Below, piece after piece: positions 52,981-64,000 of a stretch of DNA of 64,000 nt. Origin of the DNA: Callorhinchus milii (Eukaryota); NCBI RefSeq assembly GCF_018977255.1, contig NW_024704743.1, positions 30,938,001 through 31,002,000 of the forward strand. Direction: 5' to 3'. A program made the translations under genes and the position numbers. The notes beneath the pieces were generated by a model. The model saw only the letters and a program-made list of their open reading frames with translations, was not told the DNA's origin and did not search any database. Each line of letters opens with the position of its first letter. The stretch's first letter is position 1.

Positions 52981-53017
52981 AGTCAACGTTTCGGGACCAC
53001 AACCCTTCATCAGAACT
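52981..53017 (-). ncRNA. Minimal type I hammerhead ribozyme motif in the Penelope pLTR
   Basis: Minus strand AGTT-CTGATGA-A-GGG-ttgtggt-CCC-GAAA-CGTT-GACT: conserved core boxes, 3-bp helix II, palindromic helix III (AACGTT), helix I AGTT/GACT. Confidence 0.7.
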
Positions 53018-53157
53018 GGGGCGTGTTGGGAGGGAGACTTTTAAGGGCTAACAGAGAGGAGGGAGGCAGGGCAAGGAAGTCACAGGAGAAAATGGGGTAG
53101 GGGACAGGGGATGATGGGATAAAGAGATGTTAATGATGCAAAACAAAGGGGGGATTA

Positions 53158-53470
53158 ATAATAATAATCCTTGCATTTGATATAGCGCTTTTCAAGTCAG
53201 AAGGACGTCCCAAAGCGCTTCACAGAATATACTGTAAAGTGAATTGACTGTATATTTGTGGGCGAACGTGGCAGCCAATTGCGCACAGCAATGTCCCACA
53301 AACAGTCGTAGATTGAAAATGACCAATTTATTATTGTTTTTTTTTTTTTTGGAGGGATTATTATTAGGCGTGTGGAGTAAGGAAACTTGCCCAAAGTTTC
53401 GCCCTGCCTGGAATTGAACTCAGGTCTCTCACTTGCAAAGCGAGTGCTCTAACCACTGAGCTACAGGATT
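53158..53470 (-). mobile_element. Family A SINE, short form, nested in the Penelope element
   Basis: Near-consensus copy. Confidence 0.93.
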
Positions 53471-54602
53471 TCAACAAAACAGGGGAACAGAGGTGTTAAT
53501 AATGCAAAACAAAGAGGGGGGGAATTGCAAACAGGCAGACCAGAGAGAAAAAAGGTGTGTTTGGGACCCAGATGATGTGGTAATGGTCACAGAAGAGGGG
53601 GAGGGGGAAGGTAAGCTGTTATGGTCTGAAATTGCTGAAATCAATATTGAGGCCAGAGGGCTGTAAGGTCCCCAGCAGATAAATGAGTTGCTGTTCCTCG
53701 AGCTTGCGTTGTGGTTCATTGGAACAGCGGAGGAGACCATGGATGGAGAGGTCAGAATGCGAGTGGGAGGGAGAGTTGAAATGGCAAGAAACCGGAAGCT
53801 CAAGGTTATGCTTGCGGACAGAACAGAGGTTTTCGGCGAATCAGTCACCCAATTTGCGTTTCATCTCCTCAATGTGAGTAGACCACATCGTGAGCAGCGA
53901 ATGCAGTAAACTACATTGGTGGTAGTACACGTAAATCACTGTCTCACTTGAAAACTGTGTTTGGGGCCCTGGACAGTTGTATGGGAGGAGGTGAAAGGGC
54001 AGGTATTGCATCGCCTGCGCTGGCATGGGAAGGTGCGGGGGGGAGGAGAGCAACTGTTGGTGGTGATGGAGGAATGAACCAGGGAGTCACAGAGGGAACA
54101 GTTCCTTCGGAATGCTGAGAGGGGAGGGAAAGATATGTTTAGTGGTTGGTCACGCTGGAGGTGCCGGAAATGGCAGAGAATTATTTGTTGGATGTTGAGG
54201 CTGGTGGGATGGAAGGTGAGGACTTGGGGGATTTTATCATGGTTCTGGGAAGAGGAGGAAGGGGTGAGGACAGGGGTGCGGGAAATAGGGTAGACACAGT
54301 TAAGGGCCTTGCCTACTACAGAGGATGGGAGTCCTCGGTCGAGGAAAAAGGAAGATATTTCAGCTGCCCTGGTGTGAAAGGTGGCATTGTCAGAGCAGAT
54401 GCTGCGGAGGAACTGGGAAAAAGGAATGGAGTTTTTACAGGAGGTGGGGTGAGAGGAGGTGTAGTCCAGGTAACTGTAGGAGTTGTTGGGCTTGTAAAAG
54501 ATATCTGTTGATAATCTATGCCCCAAGATGGAAATGGTGAAGTCGAGGAAGGGAAGAGTCGGAGATGGACCATGTGTATGTTATGGAGTGGTGGAAGGTG
54601 AA

Positions 54603-54920
54603 AGGAGTCCTGTAGCTCATGGTTAGAGCACTCGCTTTGCAAGCGAGAGACCTGAGTTCAATTCCAGACAGGGCGAAACCTTGGGCAAGTTTCCTTACTC
54701 CACACGCCTAATAATAATCCCTCCAAAAACCAAAAACAACAAATAAATTGGTCATTTTCAATCTAAGACTGTTTGTGGGACATTGCTGTGCGCAATTGGC
54801 TGCCGCGTTTGCCCACAAATATACAGTCAATTCACTTTACAGTGTGTTCTGTGAAGCGCTTTGGGACGTCCTTCCGACATGAAAAGCGCTATATCAAATA
54901 CAAGGGTTATTATTATTATT
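54603..54920 (+). mobile_element. Family A SINE, short form, nested in the Penelope RT
   Basis: Near-consensus copy flanked by probable TSD aaggtgaaa/aaggtggaa. Confidence 0.93.
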
Positions 54921-57900
54921 AAGGTGGAAGCGAAATTGGTGAATTTTTCCAGGTCACTGTGAGAGCAGGAAGTAAGCCCAAACTCTGAACCTTCAAAGTT
55001 ATCTTTATTGTCCAAAGGTGTGGAATCCAAGCACAGTGTACACAGCAGATCACCCACAGCCTTAGAGCCTTCCATGCAAAGTCTCTTCTCATTGAAGCAT
55101 TGGAGTCATTGGAGGCTACTTTGCATTACTTTGCAGTGCATTGAGCAGAAGAATTTACTCATTCACACGGGCCAAATCAGAGCTAGAGCAGGGCATAGTG
55201 ATCAGTTTCACAAAACTTGAACTTCCCTGGGAAAAAACAGCACCACTGGAACCGCAGGTATGTTTTAACATGCTTTTTTGGTCTCAATTATCTCTTTCTA
55301 GAGATGTTCCTAACTCTTTAGAATTTTTGTGGGTATTCACAGTTCCTGTAATGGGCTGTAACAGCCAGCTCCAAAACCTCAACCGCCACACCACCACGTT
55401 GGCAACTGTCCCACGTTTGTGCTGTATCAGATACATTACATGTACTGTAACATTTACAATGCGGCCATTGAAATTTACACCTCTCTTTCTGTTGAAAGAA
55501 AGATGAAGAGAAATCTATCACGGCATAACATTATGGGACCACAGATCAGGTCACAAACTCATTCTCCTATAAACAAAACAAACATGGCAACACATGACGT
55601 GGTTTTACAATCGCAGTTGCGCTGCGGTAATTAACAGTCTGTTCAGTCCAGTTCTTGTGTACAGAACTTATATTTATATTCCTGTCAAATATTGGTTACT
55701 TTTAGAGCAAAAATATCGGGATATTTACAAAGACTTGCAGTATTTTGACCTGGTGTTTTTTTAAAGGAATAACAGTGTTTCAATGGGAATTTGACAATAT
55801 ACAGTAATTGACTGAGAGGTCTAGGAATATTGGTGCAGCATAAAATGTCTTAACAAAAAGTCCATCAGATCTAAGAATTCCCAAGTTATTGGGAGTCAAT
55901 CCTCTCAAGTGTGAATTAGTACCTCAACCCTGAGCTGCCATATTGTGCCCGTTGGAGTGTGTGCATAATGTGACTGCTCACATTATGACTGCTCACATGA
56001 GACTGGAATGCAATCGAGCAATTACACTGTGCTGCTTTGGATTGAAGGACCAATTGACATTTGGGACCATTCAACAGTCCCTCAACCTTGAGGAGCCACA
56101 GTGTAATCTCTGGGTTGTGTTCTAATTTTAATACTGCCGAAGAAAACCTAATATCTGAAGTTACCCAATATAGGTCTGAAAACTGCAGATATCGGGAACT
56201 TTGTGCATCTAACTCTCACTTTCTTGATCTGTGTCTCTTTTTCTGCCTCTATGTATCTATAATTGTGTGTTTTGTTTGTATCTCTCTCTGCCTCTTTTAA
56301 CGGTCCGTGAGTTTGTGCCTCTAATCCTGTATGTATCGCGATTCTTTCCACTTGATGCTGCTCATCGAAAATCATAAGCCAGGACCCATAGCACACAACT
56401 AAAAATGTTCACTGACATTGCAAACTACATTTCTGTATTGGATATAGTGAACATACAGATAGTTGGTGTGTGATAAAGCTATGTTCTACTGTACGCACAT
56501 TTGTATTGGACTCGAGATCCCCTTCAGAACAGTCAGGGACAGTATGGCAGATGCTCAACAAGAGCATTCTCTATGGAGCACAGCCCTATTAGTCACAGAG
56601 ATCAAAAATACCTTAAATAAATCTCAGATGTCCTGTGATTGAACCTTTGGAACTTAGTGTGTCTTAGTTCATAAACTGACCTGCTCTTAGAAACACTACT
56701 TTACCCCATTAATCAACCTGAAGGTGTACATAACTGGTTTGCTCTCATACCCAATTGAATTCTGCCTTGCGTGCCTTAGCTACAAAGCACTCTGCCTCAT
56801 TTATTATTGCTGGGTTTCATTTTGATCATGTCCTCTATGAACTTAGACTCTCAAACACAGATAAATGTTTAAAATGCCCTTAACACTTTTTAAAGTTGAA
56901 TTTCTGCAGCCCATGTTTCAACAAAATACATTACTACTCAGGAATCCATAATGATTGGCTACTGGATGAAAAAAACATATTCTATTAAGTTTCTGTCTTT
57001 TACATTATATCATTTAAATTTCATGAAGGCTGTACATTGATATCTACATTTGAATATATAATTTTAAATATAGGGTTGATTTTGAGAAGTTAGCTATGAG
57101 ATCTGAAGTCTGTGACACCAATTCCCAGGCCTGTGGCTCTAACTCAATGGAATGGGGTATTCTCAAGTCAAAGTGACGAGTACAACCCTTTTGCAGATAC
57201 CGAAAGGGGTCCCTTCTCGGATTTCTGGCATTAGAGATCTGTTAAGAAGTACTGAAAAATGAACCCATTAACCTTTCTGGTTAAAACAGTTTCAAAGAAT
57301 CCGTGCGTTCTACACTGTACAATTATTTAATCTTTTCATTTGAAATTAATGATGACTAAAATCCCAAACTCCCTAATGAAGGCATCCTGCTAACAAAGGG
57401 CAAAATAGGTCAGTGCACCCACTTCTTAGTTATGTAGTGAATTTGCATTATACTGTGCAGTGTTGAGGTTGCGGTAGTGTCGTTGAAATTTCTAATTCAT
57501 ATAAGTTTATATATTATATCATATTCAGATAAGTTCTAGTTTCTATTAGTTTCTATTGCAGACTATGTGTTTAAAGTAAGGGTTGTAAAAGAATGCCAAA
57601 GGTTCAAGGGCATACAGTCGACCGGGTTTCAAAGCCCCATCATAGCTCACTTCTGTCTTTAATATCCCTGACCTTTTGATCTCTGAATTATAGCGTTACT
57701 TCCTTTGCCAAATGCCATCTTTATCCAAGACAGTCTCTAAAGCATCATGCATAGTGAAGATGCACTATATAATAACAAGAAGGCCTCCTGGGAATAGCAC
57801 AGTCAGAAAAGACTGTCAAAAAGTTCATTCAAAAAGTATGTGGGGTGTAACTTGGACTAACCTTGGGTTATCTTGACGTGAGGGTTATTTTTCAGTCTAT

Positions 57901-57959
57901 TTATTTAAACACCTTACATTTTGTAATTTATTTTTCCCCTCAGGTCCATAAAGGGCATG

Positions 57960-58295
57960 CCCTAGCCCCCAATCAACCTGCCCGCTCCCTCCACTCAGCG
58001 GGCTCCGATCTCCTTCATGTATCCCCCCCTCACCCGCCCCACCATTGGCGAGGGGGGGGGGGCTTCTGCTACTCCATCCCACAGTCCCTCTGCCTCGCCC
58101 CTTCCCTTGCCTCCTTCAAGACCCGTCTCAAGACCCTCCTCTTCGACCGCGCCTTCAGTCACCCTCCATTCCCCCACCCTGCCCTTCCTGATCCTGACCC
58201 CCAGCTCGGGTCCGAAACATTGATTGTCCAGCGCCTTGGAATGTCCTCCCGATATGAAAGGCACTGTACAAATATAATTTTGTTGTTGTTGTTGT
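57960..58295 (+). mobile_element. L2 LINE 3' fragment
   Basis: SIPQSLCLAPSLASFKTRLKTLLFDRAF; (ttg)n tail. Confidence 0.88.
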
Positions 58296-59324
58296 CGCAG
58301 TTTGGGAACTTTTAGAACACCATCCAAAGAAGATTCTTGCATCCTGCTCTGCCTACGAGAAGAAGTCTGGGCTCAAATGAATGACCCTGATGTGATAACA
58401 TAGGAATGGAAATATACCATTCAGCTCATCAAGCCTGACTGGAGATTGCTATGTATGGGAAGTTGGGGCACAATCCTACCCTACTGATAACTGAGCTCCA
58501 CCTTGGCTCCCACAACAGCTTGATTACCAAACACTTAAGGTCCTTCCCCAGGGTCACAGCATAAGCAAATGCTGCAAATTAAATTCATATACACCTTAAT
58601 TCTGGAGCTCAAATCTACAGGATTCAGGTCTGTGCACAGGACTACCCATTGGATCACTTCGCAAATTGAATGAACTGTATATATTCAATTCAACAATTAT
58701 TTTTTAAAAATTAAACCTTTTGATTGATTTCTTCATTTGATGCCCAAAAGCTGTGCGTTTGAAGCACTGAAAACAAATTGCTAATCAATTGGAAGTATGT
58801 TCACCTGAATACACTGCTAAATCCAGTGTTTAAGTTTTATTATGTTATTTTATTGATCATTCACTTCATGGCTATTATGGGATCTTGCTGTTCTCAATTG
58901 GCTGTCGTGTTTGCCTACACATACATTGTCACTACACCTGACAGCAATTACCAGTGAAATGCTTTCAGACAAGTCAATGTTATATGTGCTATAGCAAACA
59001 CAGCGATGATTATTATTGTTCCTCTGCAAGACACCCTAAACATCTACGCTATTGTTTCCATCCTGTAATTTGTCAACATATTGTTCATTTATTTTGTACG
59101 ATACTGAAAGACTAACAGTTAATACAGCTATCAACTTCAATTTTAAAAATAAATCTCAATGTTTTTTCTTGAAAATTAAATATCTTGTAATTACTGTAAA
59201 ATTATTCCTGCCATAGATGGAATTTTTGACACAGAAATTCTCAAGTGCTCAAAATGATCTGCAGAAATTACAAGTTCAAATTGATTTCAAGCCATTTAAA
59301 GAGTGACAATATTTGGTATGCTAA

Positions 59325-60020
59325 GTGGCAGCCTGGCTGAATGAGCACTCTCCCCTCTGGGTCAGAAGAGTGTCAGTTCAAGCCCCATATCAAGAGCTTA
59401 TCGTTTAGGCTGTCAGTCCACTGCAGTATTTGGGGTGTGCTGTGTTGTTGGAGGTGGCATTCTTCAGATGAGACTTTGAACTGAGGTTGAGTCTTCATGT
59501 TCAGATGGTCATTAAAGATGCTATGGCACTATTGGAAAAGGGAGTTTCTCCCAGAGTCTCGGTAACATTGGTCAAACTTCATGGCTATTTGTGGGCCGTT
59601 GCTGTGTACAAATTGCCTACAATACAGTTTCTATGATGCAGAGAAACTTTGTGAAGCGCTTTAAGACAATCTAAGTGATATATATCAAATGCAAGGATTA
59701 TTTCTATTCGTTTTAGACTGACCAAATAGAAATTCTTGGTAAAAGATCTTAACATAATAATAATAAATCTTGCATTTGATATAGCGCTTACCACATCATT
59801 GAGACGTCTCAAAATGCTTCACATGATATACTGTAAAGTAGATTACAGCATATTCTGTGAAGTGCTTTGAGATGTCTAGAAGACGTGAAAAGCGCTCTAT
59901 CAAATGCAAGGATTATTATTATTATTGACTGTGTATTTTGTGAGCGAAATGCAGCAGCCAATCTGCACACATCAATGTCCCACAAATAAACTTGGAGTGA
60001 GTCACCAATGTTATTTGGGG
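59325..60020. mobile_element. Deu-SINE (+, to about 59700) followed by alternating-orientation family A tail fragments
   Basis: ttaaagatgctatggcactatt; tails at about 59755 (-), 59850 (+) and 59925 (-). Confidence 0.75.
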
Positions 60021-60034
60021 GATCTGTTGCCCAG

Positions 60035-60944
60035 GATTAAGGCAGCAAGCCAGACAACTGCAGGCACCAATAACTTGCCTTCCAAGCAAGAGTTTCTTCG
60101 CGTGCAATATGTTTTGTTCATTTTCTTTGTTGCCCCCCCCAGCCTACCCGCTCAGCAATCTCAGTGTTAAAACAATTTTGATTTCCTTGTTCAATTGAAC
60201 ATCAAATTTCAGATGAGCTATTAGGTCAAGGCATCACCCAAACTCTGGGCAATATAGACTGGAAGATCGCAGTTCTCTGCTCAGTTAGTTGTTCTCAGCT
60301 CTCACAGCAGCTGGGGTGCTACAAGTGTGATTAGCGTCCCTGAGTGAGGAAGAGGAAAATTATTGAGGGTCTCCGTTTCTGTTCACTATCCAGAGATCCC
60401 TGCCTGAAGGTCCATGTTGTGTATGTTGGGCAAAAGCAGGATCAATATTGGCTCTGCTTCTCTCTCCCCACACCCACTCACCCACTCCCAACACTCACTG
60501 AAAACGTCTATATGCATAAAATCACTTGGGCGAGGTATTCAAATCCGATACACCAGCAGAAAGAAAAAGGAGTGAACACCATTTGTGTGTGTTTGTGGGA
60601 GCTTAAATGTCATACAGGTAAATTGGTGTGGTAATAAGAAGTAAACTTTCATACTGATTTAAAAATCAATTGCACAGCAAGACTTTATCAAGTGGTTTAA
60701 ATCACCAAGGACTTGTACTGTCCATTTCCACCTTCATAAATGTTTCCGAATGTGGGAAAATAAATTTAATGAGAAAGAAAAGCAATTCAACAAGGGAATC
60801 AAAATTGCTCTAACAACGAGACAACTATGGAGGGGGGTGGTGGGCAGAAAGGCAACTGAACAAAACATATTGCTTGGGAAGAAACTCTCTTGCTTAGAAA
60901 GCAAGTTATTGGTGCCCGCAGTTATCTGGCTTGCTGCCTTAATC
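60035..60944. repeat. Inverted repeat with arms of about 162 bp (60035-60197 and 60783-60944)
   Basis: gattaaggcagcaagccagacaactgcaggcaccaataacttgccttccaagcaagag... is reverse-complemented at 60889-60944; homology extends to caattttgatt.ccttgtt.aattg. Confidence 0.92.
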
Positions 60945-62064
60945 ACAAAAGGCTGGAGTCTCTCCTCTGTGTAATACAGTGGTAACATATCAGATCCCTG
61001 CAGATGGTGCAGGCTGAAGGCAACGGAAAGGAAGCTTTGACATTCTGTCACAGGAGATGACAGGACAAAATGGCCTGCAATAAACAACAGTTTGAACAGG
61101 GTAATTTGATGCACTGAGTGCTTAAGCTTCACCAGATGCTGGACTCAGCTTGTGGTGGTAAGATAAGGCAGGACTGTTTACTTCTGAGAATAGATAGAAT
61201 ATGGCTGAGCAAAGCTGGAAAATAAACCTTATGATGCAAATGCGAAAATAATCCACAAAGCTCCTGAAGCGCACCCATTTCAATCTAATCTCTTGGATCG
61301 ATGCCGACAAGAAATATTTATATGAAATGCAGACAGCTGGCAAACTGGAGGCTTAATGCTCCTCGTCTAAACACAAATACAGCTATTTTGTGAACAGAGA
61401 GCAAAAAAAACTAATGTGGGAGTTTATCTTGAATCACTTTCCTTAAATCATTTCCACATTTTAAAAAAAAGATTCTGGCAAATGACAACATTGAACTGTG
61501 CTGTCTGTAGAACGTTGCAGATATCTGCAGAAGGATTTATTTCTTACCTGAGTAAAACCAAACTTTTTAAAAGAAGCTTCTTCTCTTAGACCTATTAAAA
61601 TAGGTTGGCTTCCGTTCCCCTCACACTGAAGATCTTCTGTGGTTAATATGTTTGGTTGGGGGGGGGGGGATTCCCACTGGCAATGAAGCATATCAATGAT
61701 GTGGATCAGGTGCATTCAGCAATACACAATGATACACAGTCTACCTTCCCTTCCCCGAAGGCTGAGCAAATAGGGCTGGCAGTACAACTGGTGCCAGACA
61801 ATAATAATAATAATCCTTGCATTTGATATAGCGCCTTATCACACTGTAAAGTGAATTCATTATATATTTTGTGGGGAATTATTTTTTAAAGATTAATCCA
61901 AAATGAAAGTGGAACAAATCAGGAGTAAAACCATCACGTCACTTCTACTGCGTCCTGGCTCAAAATGTGTGCTGAAAAGTTATTGACTCCAACAGGCAGA
62001 TTATAATTTCTTTTGGAACATTTGCTGATTTGGATGTTTAGAGTTCAATTGGTTTGCAGTCCTT

Positions 62065-62436
62065 GGTTGTCCTCAGTTGGTAGCACGCTTGCCTCTGAAT
62101 CAGAAGGTTGTGGGTTTAAGACCCACGTCGAGACTTGAACTCATGTTAAACTGAGGTTCGGTCTGTCTGTTCAGGTGGTGTTAAAGATTTCATGGCACTA
62201 TTCGAAAAGAAAAGGGAATTTCTCCAAGTGTCCTGCACAACAATCCCCCATATAAAATTGGACTTTTGTTTTAAGACTGTTTGCGGACATGACACATTGC
62301 GGTGTGCAATTTGGGTGCCGCATTGACCTACAAATATACAGGCACTCCCCTTCACAATTCACATTAATAATCCTGGAAGCACTTTGAGACGTTCTCTCAA
62401 CATGAAAGAAGCTATATCAAATGCAAGAATTATTAT
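62065..62436 (+). mobile_element. Deu-domain SINE
   Basis: ctcagttggtagcacgcttgcctctgaatcagaaggttgtggg...ttaaagatttcatggcactattcg. Confidence 0.8.
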
Positions 62437-63114
62437 TTGCCAGTGGGAGCATTACACGAAGCTTGATCACCACAACTATTCTCCGAGTCCCAGTGCATCG
62501 CCATTCAATTCTTTCTACACAATATCAAAAGCCAGAAACTTGTCAAGTGGTTATGAACCACAGTCAAAACAGTATTACAGTATTAATATTTAATGCAATA
62601 ATCTTAATTATAAGAAGAAAGTCCCTTATCGTGCTGAAATGTCTCCAATGCCTTTGGAGATTTAACCTACAGGGTGTCAACTTTTAACTTTCGCACCCCA
62701 TAAAGCAATTAATGGCGGGATCCCACTTGGTCTGGGATTTAACCTTAGTGTCAGTGGTTCCTGTTTGAAGTAATGTGGTAGCTGTTTGGATTTAAACCAA
62801 ACCAAAAGCAGAATCGGTCTCTATTTACTGAGATTATGTACATGCAGTTCATTTTCCCACTGCACTTTGTTTGTTGATTTGTCTGCAGGATATATATTAC
62901 TTAATGTATTCCCTTTGGAAACTCAATAAGGTGCATATTTGATGACCGAGAGGTGCAATTTTACCACAAATATACAGTCAATTCACTTTACAGTCTTCTG
63001 TGAAACGCTTTGAGATATCTAGAAGACGTGAAAAGCGCAATATCAAATGCAAGGATTATTATTATTACAATGGTTACCACAGTGATGGAACAGAGCTGAG
63101 AGTGGGAGATGAAG

Positions 63115-63390
63115 TTAGGCCCAGGTTAGTAAAAAGTCAAGACTTGGGGACCCCAGAATGTGAATTGGGATACAGCTGGAGTATAACCAGGTAAAACTGA
63201 GAGCGATGCAAGTTTCCTGCTGCTTTATCAGCTAGACCACCCTACCCTTTAGGGCTTTGGCTTTTAGGATAAACGGCTGTCGAGTTCCTAATAATCGATT
63301 TGCCCCTCCAAGCCAACTGCCTGGTCTGTCATACTGGGGGGAACTGCAAACCCACCTGGTTCAGCAACCGTACCACTGAGATTGCCATAG
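63115..63390 (-). repeat. Family C repeat copy (middle part)
   Basis: cttggggaccccagaatgtg, ttagggctttggc and cccacctggttcag are shared with the 8453 and 39850 copies. Confidence 0.75.
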
Positions 63391-64000
63391 ATTTGTGTGA
63401 AGACTCTACAGCGAAGATGAGATCAGAAGGTGTATGCATGTCAAAAAAAATTGGCTGTTAATCTGGATTCTTGCTATACACAGTGCACTGTCTAAACTGT
63501 CAATTAGTCAGATTTCCTTCAATTATTCCCAAGAAAGCGACAGCATGCATATTTTTGACTTACAACTAGGCTTCATAGCTGCCATTGCATATTTCTGTGC
63601 AGAATCATGCTAAAACAAGCATCTCACTTGCATTACCAGCAGAAACAACAACAGCAAGATTACATTTGTATAGTGCCTTTCACGTCGGGAGGACGGTGAG
63701 ATGTGCATTATACATAAAATGCAGCGTGAAGTGAAAGAAAAAAAACCTGTCATGCAGCAAAAAATGTAACTTACTTCTTAGAAAACTGAATCTTCCATGC
63801 CTTTGCTTCACCACATTACAGATAATGGAACAGGAGGCAAACTGTGCACATTTGTGTAATGGAAGCTCGCTGTGTGTAACTATAATTTGCTCTGCACATC
63901 ATTAACAGTGGCAACTGGTTTAAATTTAAACTTTTAAATGTGCTTTGAAGTTGTTCTGCTAGTTTACTTTGTTTATAAGCACGCAACATGTAAAATCTAT

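Larger units (their letters stand above)
52938..54985 (-). mobile_element. Penelope-like retroelement (RT C-terminus, GIY-YIG endonuclease, 3' pLTR), decayed, with two nested SINEs
   Basis: ORF 53936..54526 TDIFYKP.NS.SYLDYTSSHP..CK.SIPFSQFLR...LTFHP...CQRRRCNTCP...GPKHSFQVRQ; continues through stops into FTC...NVVYCIRCSRCGLL; RT resumes beyond the SINE at 54921-54985. Confidence 0.92.

Noticed and set aside
61548-61591. Possible 44-nt minus-strand exon with CAG|GTAAGA donor
   Set aside because: Weak acceptor, frameshifting length, and the peptide does not resemble the expected upstream CDKAL1 exon

Overview
Vertebrate (very probably cartilaginous-fish, judged from the repeat families) nuclear DNA containing the 3' end of CDKAL1 (tRNA-Lys(UUU) ms2t6A methylthiotransferase) on the minus strand. 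Three coding exons are visible: 24447-24530, 21542-21706 and the terminal exon 5337-5516, which encodes a tail-anchor TM helix. A likely AATAAA lies at 5087-5092. Everything above 24530 appears to be one intron of more than 39 kb. The rest is retroelement debris: L2 and CR1 LINE 3' fragments, a Penelope-like element with a minimal hammerhead motif, a young modular tRNA-SINE, older Deu-domain SINEs, two older families I cannot name, and MITE-like remnants. Repeat-poor blocks between them are candidate conserved enhancers of the CDKAL1/SOX4 regulatory block. Almost all ORFs in the supplied track are spurious or decayed TE frames. I found no convincing new protein-coding system. The best leads are non-coding: a hairpin-rich A-tailed repeat family carrying a splice donor, the hammerhead motif in sense to the pre-mRNA, several long inverted repeats, and an antisense recursive-splice-like site. 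Repeat boundaries are approximate (read by eye).
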